Part shown: in pieces, positions 61,001 through 64,000 of the stretch
How the letters are laid out: every line of letters begins with the position of its first letter
Numbering within the stretch: position 1 is the stretch's first letter
Assembly (NCBI GenBank): GCA_013239625.1
Contig: MU053994.1
Location: 2,485,589-2,549,588, forward strand
Source of the DNA: Lama guanicoe
Taxonomy: Eukaryota
Length of the DNA stretch: 64,000 nucleotides
Reading direction: 5' to 3'
Notes under the pieces: generated by a model
The model's database searches: none
What the model was told of the DNA's origin: nothing
The model's input: the letters and a program-made list of their open reading frames with translations, nothing else
Program-made: the position numbers and the translations under genes

Positions 61001-63593
61001 AAATGAAATAGAGACTAAAAAGACAATAGAAAAGATCAATGAAACAAAAACCTGGTTCTTCGAAAATATAAAAATTGATAAACCTTTAGTCAGACTCATC
61101 AAGAAAAAAAGGGAGAGAGCCCAAATTAATAAAATCAGAAATGATAAAGGAGAAGTTACAACCAACACCACAGAAATACAAGGGATCATAAGAGGCTACT
61201 ATCAGCAACTATATGCCAACAAAAAGGACAATATAGAAGAAATGGACAATTTATTAGAAAGGCACAATTTCCCAAGACTGAACTAGGAAGAAATAGACAA
61301 TATGAATAGACCAATTACCAGTACTGAAATTGCATTAGTAATTTAAAAACTCCCAAAAAACACCTAGGACCAGATGGCTTCACAAGTGAATTCTACTAAC
61401 ATTAAGAGAAGAGTAAACACCTCTCCTTCTGTAACCTATTCCAAAAAATTGCAGAGGAAGGAATACTTCCAAACTCATTCTATGAGGCCATCATCACCCT
61501 GATACCAAAACCAAAGATATCACAAAAAAAGAAAATTATAGGCCAATATCATTTATGAGTATAGATGCAAAAATCCTCAACAAAATACTAGTGAATTGAT
61601 TCCAACAATGCATTACAAAGATCATACAGCATGATCAAATGGGATTTATCCCAGGAATGCAGGGATTTTTCAGTATGTGCAAATCAATCAATGTGAGACA
61701 CCACATTAACAGACCAAAGAATAAAAACCACATGATCATCTCAATAGATGCAGAAAAAGCTTTTGATAAAATTTAACACCCATTTATGATAAAAAAAATC
61801 TCTCCAGAAAGTGGGCAAAGACACAACATACTTCAACATAAAGGCCATATATGACAAACCCACAGCTGACATCGTATTTAATGGGGAAAAGCTGAAAGCA
61901 TTTCCCCTAAGATCAGGAACAAGACAACGATGCCCATTCTCACCACTTTTATTCAACATAGTTTTTGAAGTCCTAGCCATAGCAATCAGAGAAAAAAAAA
62001 GAAATAAAAGGAATCCAAATTGGAAATGAAGAAGTGAAACTTTTTCCAGATGACATGATACTATATACAGAAAACCCTAAGGAAGCGACCAGAAAACTAC
62101 TAGAACTCATCAATGAATTTGGTAAGGTTGCAGGATACAAAATTAACATTTAGAAATCAGTTGCATGTCTATACACTAAGAATGAAACAGCAGAGAAAGA
62201 AATTAAGGAAACAATACCATTTACTATCACACCAAAAACAATAAAATAACTAGGAATAAACCTACTCAAGGAAGCAAAAGACCTGTACTCCAAAAACTAT
62301 AAAACACTAATGAAAGAAATTGAAGATGACATAAACAAACAAAGATATACTGTGTTCTTGGATTGGAAGAATCAATATTGTTAAAATGGCCATACTGCCC
62401 AAGGCAATATACAGATTCACTGCAATCCCTATCAAATTATTGACATTTTTCACAGAGCTGGAACAAAAAATGTTCAAATTTGTATGGAAACACAAACGAC
62501 CCCGAATAGCCAAAACAGTCTTGAAAAAGAAGAACGGAGCTGGGGGAATCACACTCCCTGACTTCAGACTATGCTACAAAGCTACAGTAATCAAAACAAT
62601 ATGGTACTGGCACAGAAACAGACACATAAATCAATGGAACAGGACAGAAAGCTCAGAAATAAATCCATGCACATATGTTCAATTAATCTACGACAAAAGA
62701 GGCAAAAATATACAATGGAGAAAAGACAGTCTCTCAATAAGTGGTGCTGGGAAAACTGGACAGCTGCCTGTAAAAGACTGAAATTAGGACATTCTCCAAC
62801 ACCATATACAAAAATAAACTCAAAATCGATTAAAGACTTAAATGTAAGACCAGATACTCTAAAACTCCTAGAGGAAAACATAGGCAGAACACTCTTGGAC
62901 ATAAATCAAAGCAATATATTTTTTGAACCAGCTCCTGGAGTAATGGAAATAAAAGCAAAAATAAACAAATGGGATCTAATTAGACTTAAAAGCTTTTGCA
63001 CAGCTAAGGATATCATCAACAAAAGGAAAAGACAACCTACAGAATGGGAGAAAATATTTGCAAGTGATGAAACCAACAAAAGACTAATTTCCAAAATACA
63101 TAAACAGCTCATACACCTTAATATCAAAAAAAAGCAACCCAATCAAAAAATGGGCAGAAGACCTAAATATGTATCTCTCCAAAGATATACAGATGACCAA
63201 CAAGCACATGAAAAGATGCTGAACATCACTAATTGTTAGAGAAATGCAAATCAAAACTACAATGAAATATCACCTCACACCAGTCAGAATGGCCATCATT
63301 AAAAAGTCTACAAAGGGTAAATGCAGGAGAGGGTGTGGAGAAAAGGAACCCTCCTACGCTGCTGGTGGGAAAGTAAATTGGTGCAGCCACTATGGAGAAC
63401 AGTATAGAGATTCCTTAAAAAACTAAAAATAGACTTACTATATGATTCAGCAATTCCACTCCTAGGCATATATCTGGAGAAAATCTAACTCAAAAAGACA
63501 TATGCACCCCAATGTTCATAGCAGCACTATTTACAATAGCCAAGACATGGAAACAACCTAAATGTCCATCAACAGATGAATGGATAAAGATGT

Positions 63594-63629
<36 letters not shown>

Positions 63630-63915
63630 TATATGTGTATTTATATATAATGGAATACTACTTAACCATGAAAAAGAATAAAATAATTCCAATTGCAGCA
63701 GCATGGATAGACCTGGAGATCATCTTTCTAAGTGAAGTAAGCCAGAGAAAGAAAAATACCATATGATATCACTCATATGTGGAATCAAAAAAAAGGGACA
63801 CAAATGAACTACTTACTATTTATAACTTAGATAATTGATCTCTTAAATATGTTGTAAGCACATCTGACTGTCCTTTATGATTGGATTACTGCATTCTGTT
63901 AATTCTTTGAAAAAA
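58038..63915 (+). mobile_element. Full-length but inactivated L1 (5'UTR, ORF1 ~59029-59908, ORF2 from 59987) with 15-bp TSD
   Basis: APE domain LNVNGLN..DPYICCLQETHF..IYAPN..GDLN and RT segments broken by stops and frameshifts; TSD gataactatactgtg (58023-58037) and gataagtatactgtg (63916-63930). Confidence 0.95.
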
Positions 63916-64000
63916 GATAAGTATACTGTGCTTAAATCAGAAATCATCTTTGTTCTTAGGAAATACATAGTGAAGTATTAAAGAGTAAAGATGTCTGCAA

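Noticed and set aside
58038..63915. Active L1
   Set aside because: ORF1 and ORF2 contain multiple stops and frameshifts.
48950..64000. Downstream neighbour genes expected from human synteny (MPC1L, CXorf38)
   Set aside because: No matching coding sequence seen; they probably lie beyond the window.

Overview
Mammalian genomic DNA, very probably camelid, judging from the abundant short tRNA-derived SINE resembling vic-1 and the cetartiodactyl-type L1 3' ends. The only protein-coding gene I can support is a complete, intact ATP6AP2 ((pro)renin receptor / V-ATPase accessory subunit; X-linked in eutherians). It lies on the + strand as 9 coding exons between 26947 and 48076 (1056 nt, 351 aa), with all introns GT-AG, a CpG-island promoter and a poly(A) signal at 48918. 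The rest is intergenic or intronic and rich in repeats: a full-length degenerate L1 (58038-63915, with TSD), an ORF2-less L1 with TSD in intron 3, other L1 fragments, at least 10 tRNA-derived SINEs, MaLR/ERV LTRs, MER33, MER53, a Charlie transposase relic, MIR/L2 and microsatellites. I found no convincing new multi-gene system. The most unusual signals concern retroelement biology: two L1 copies share a foreign 3' tail, one L1 is a 'half-L1', one is 5'-inverted, one SINE carries a read-through tail, and there is a very old endonuclease relic. There are also some splice-architecture oddities in ATP6AP2. Repeat family names come from recalled consensus similarity, not from a database search.
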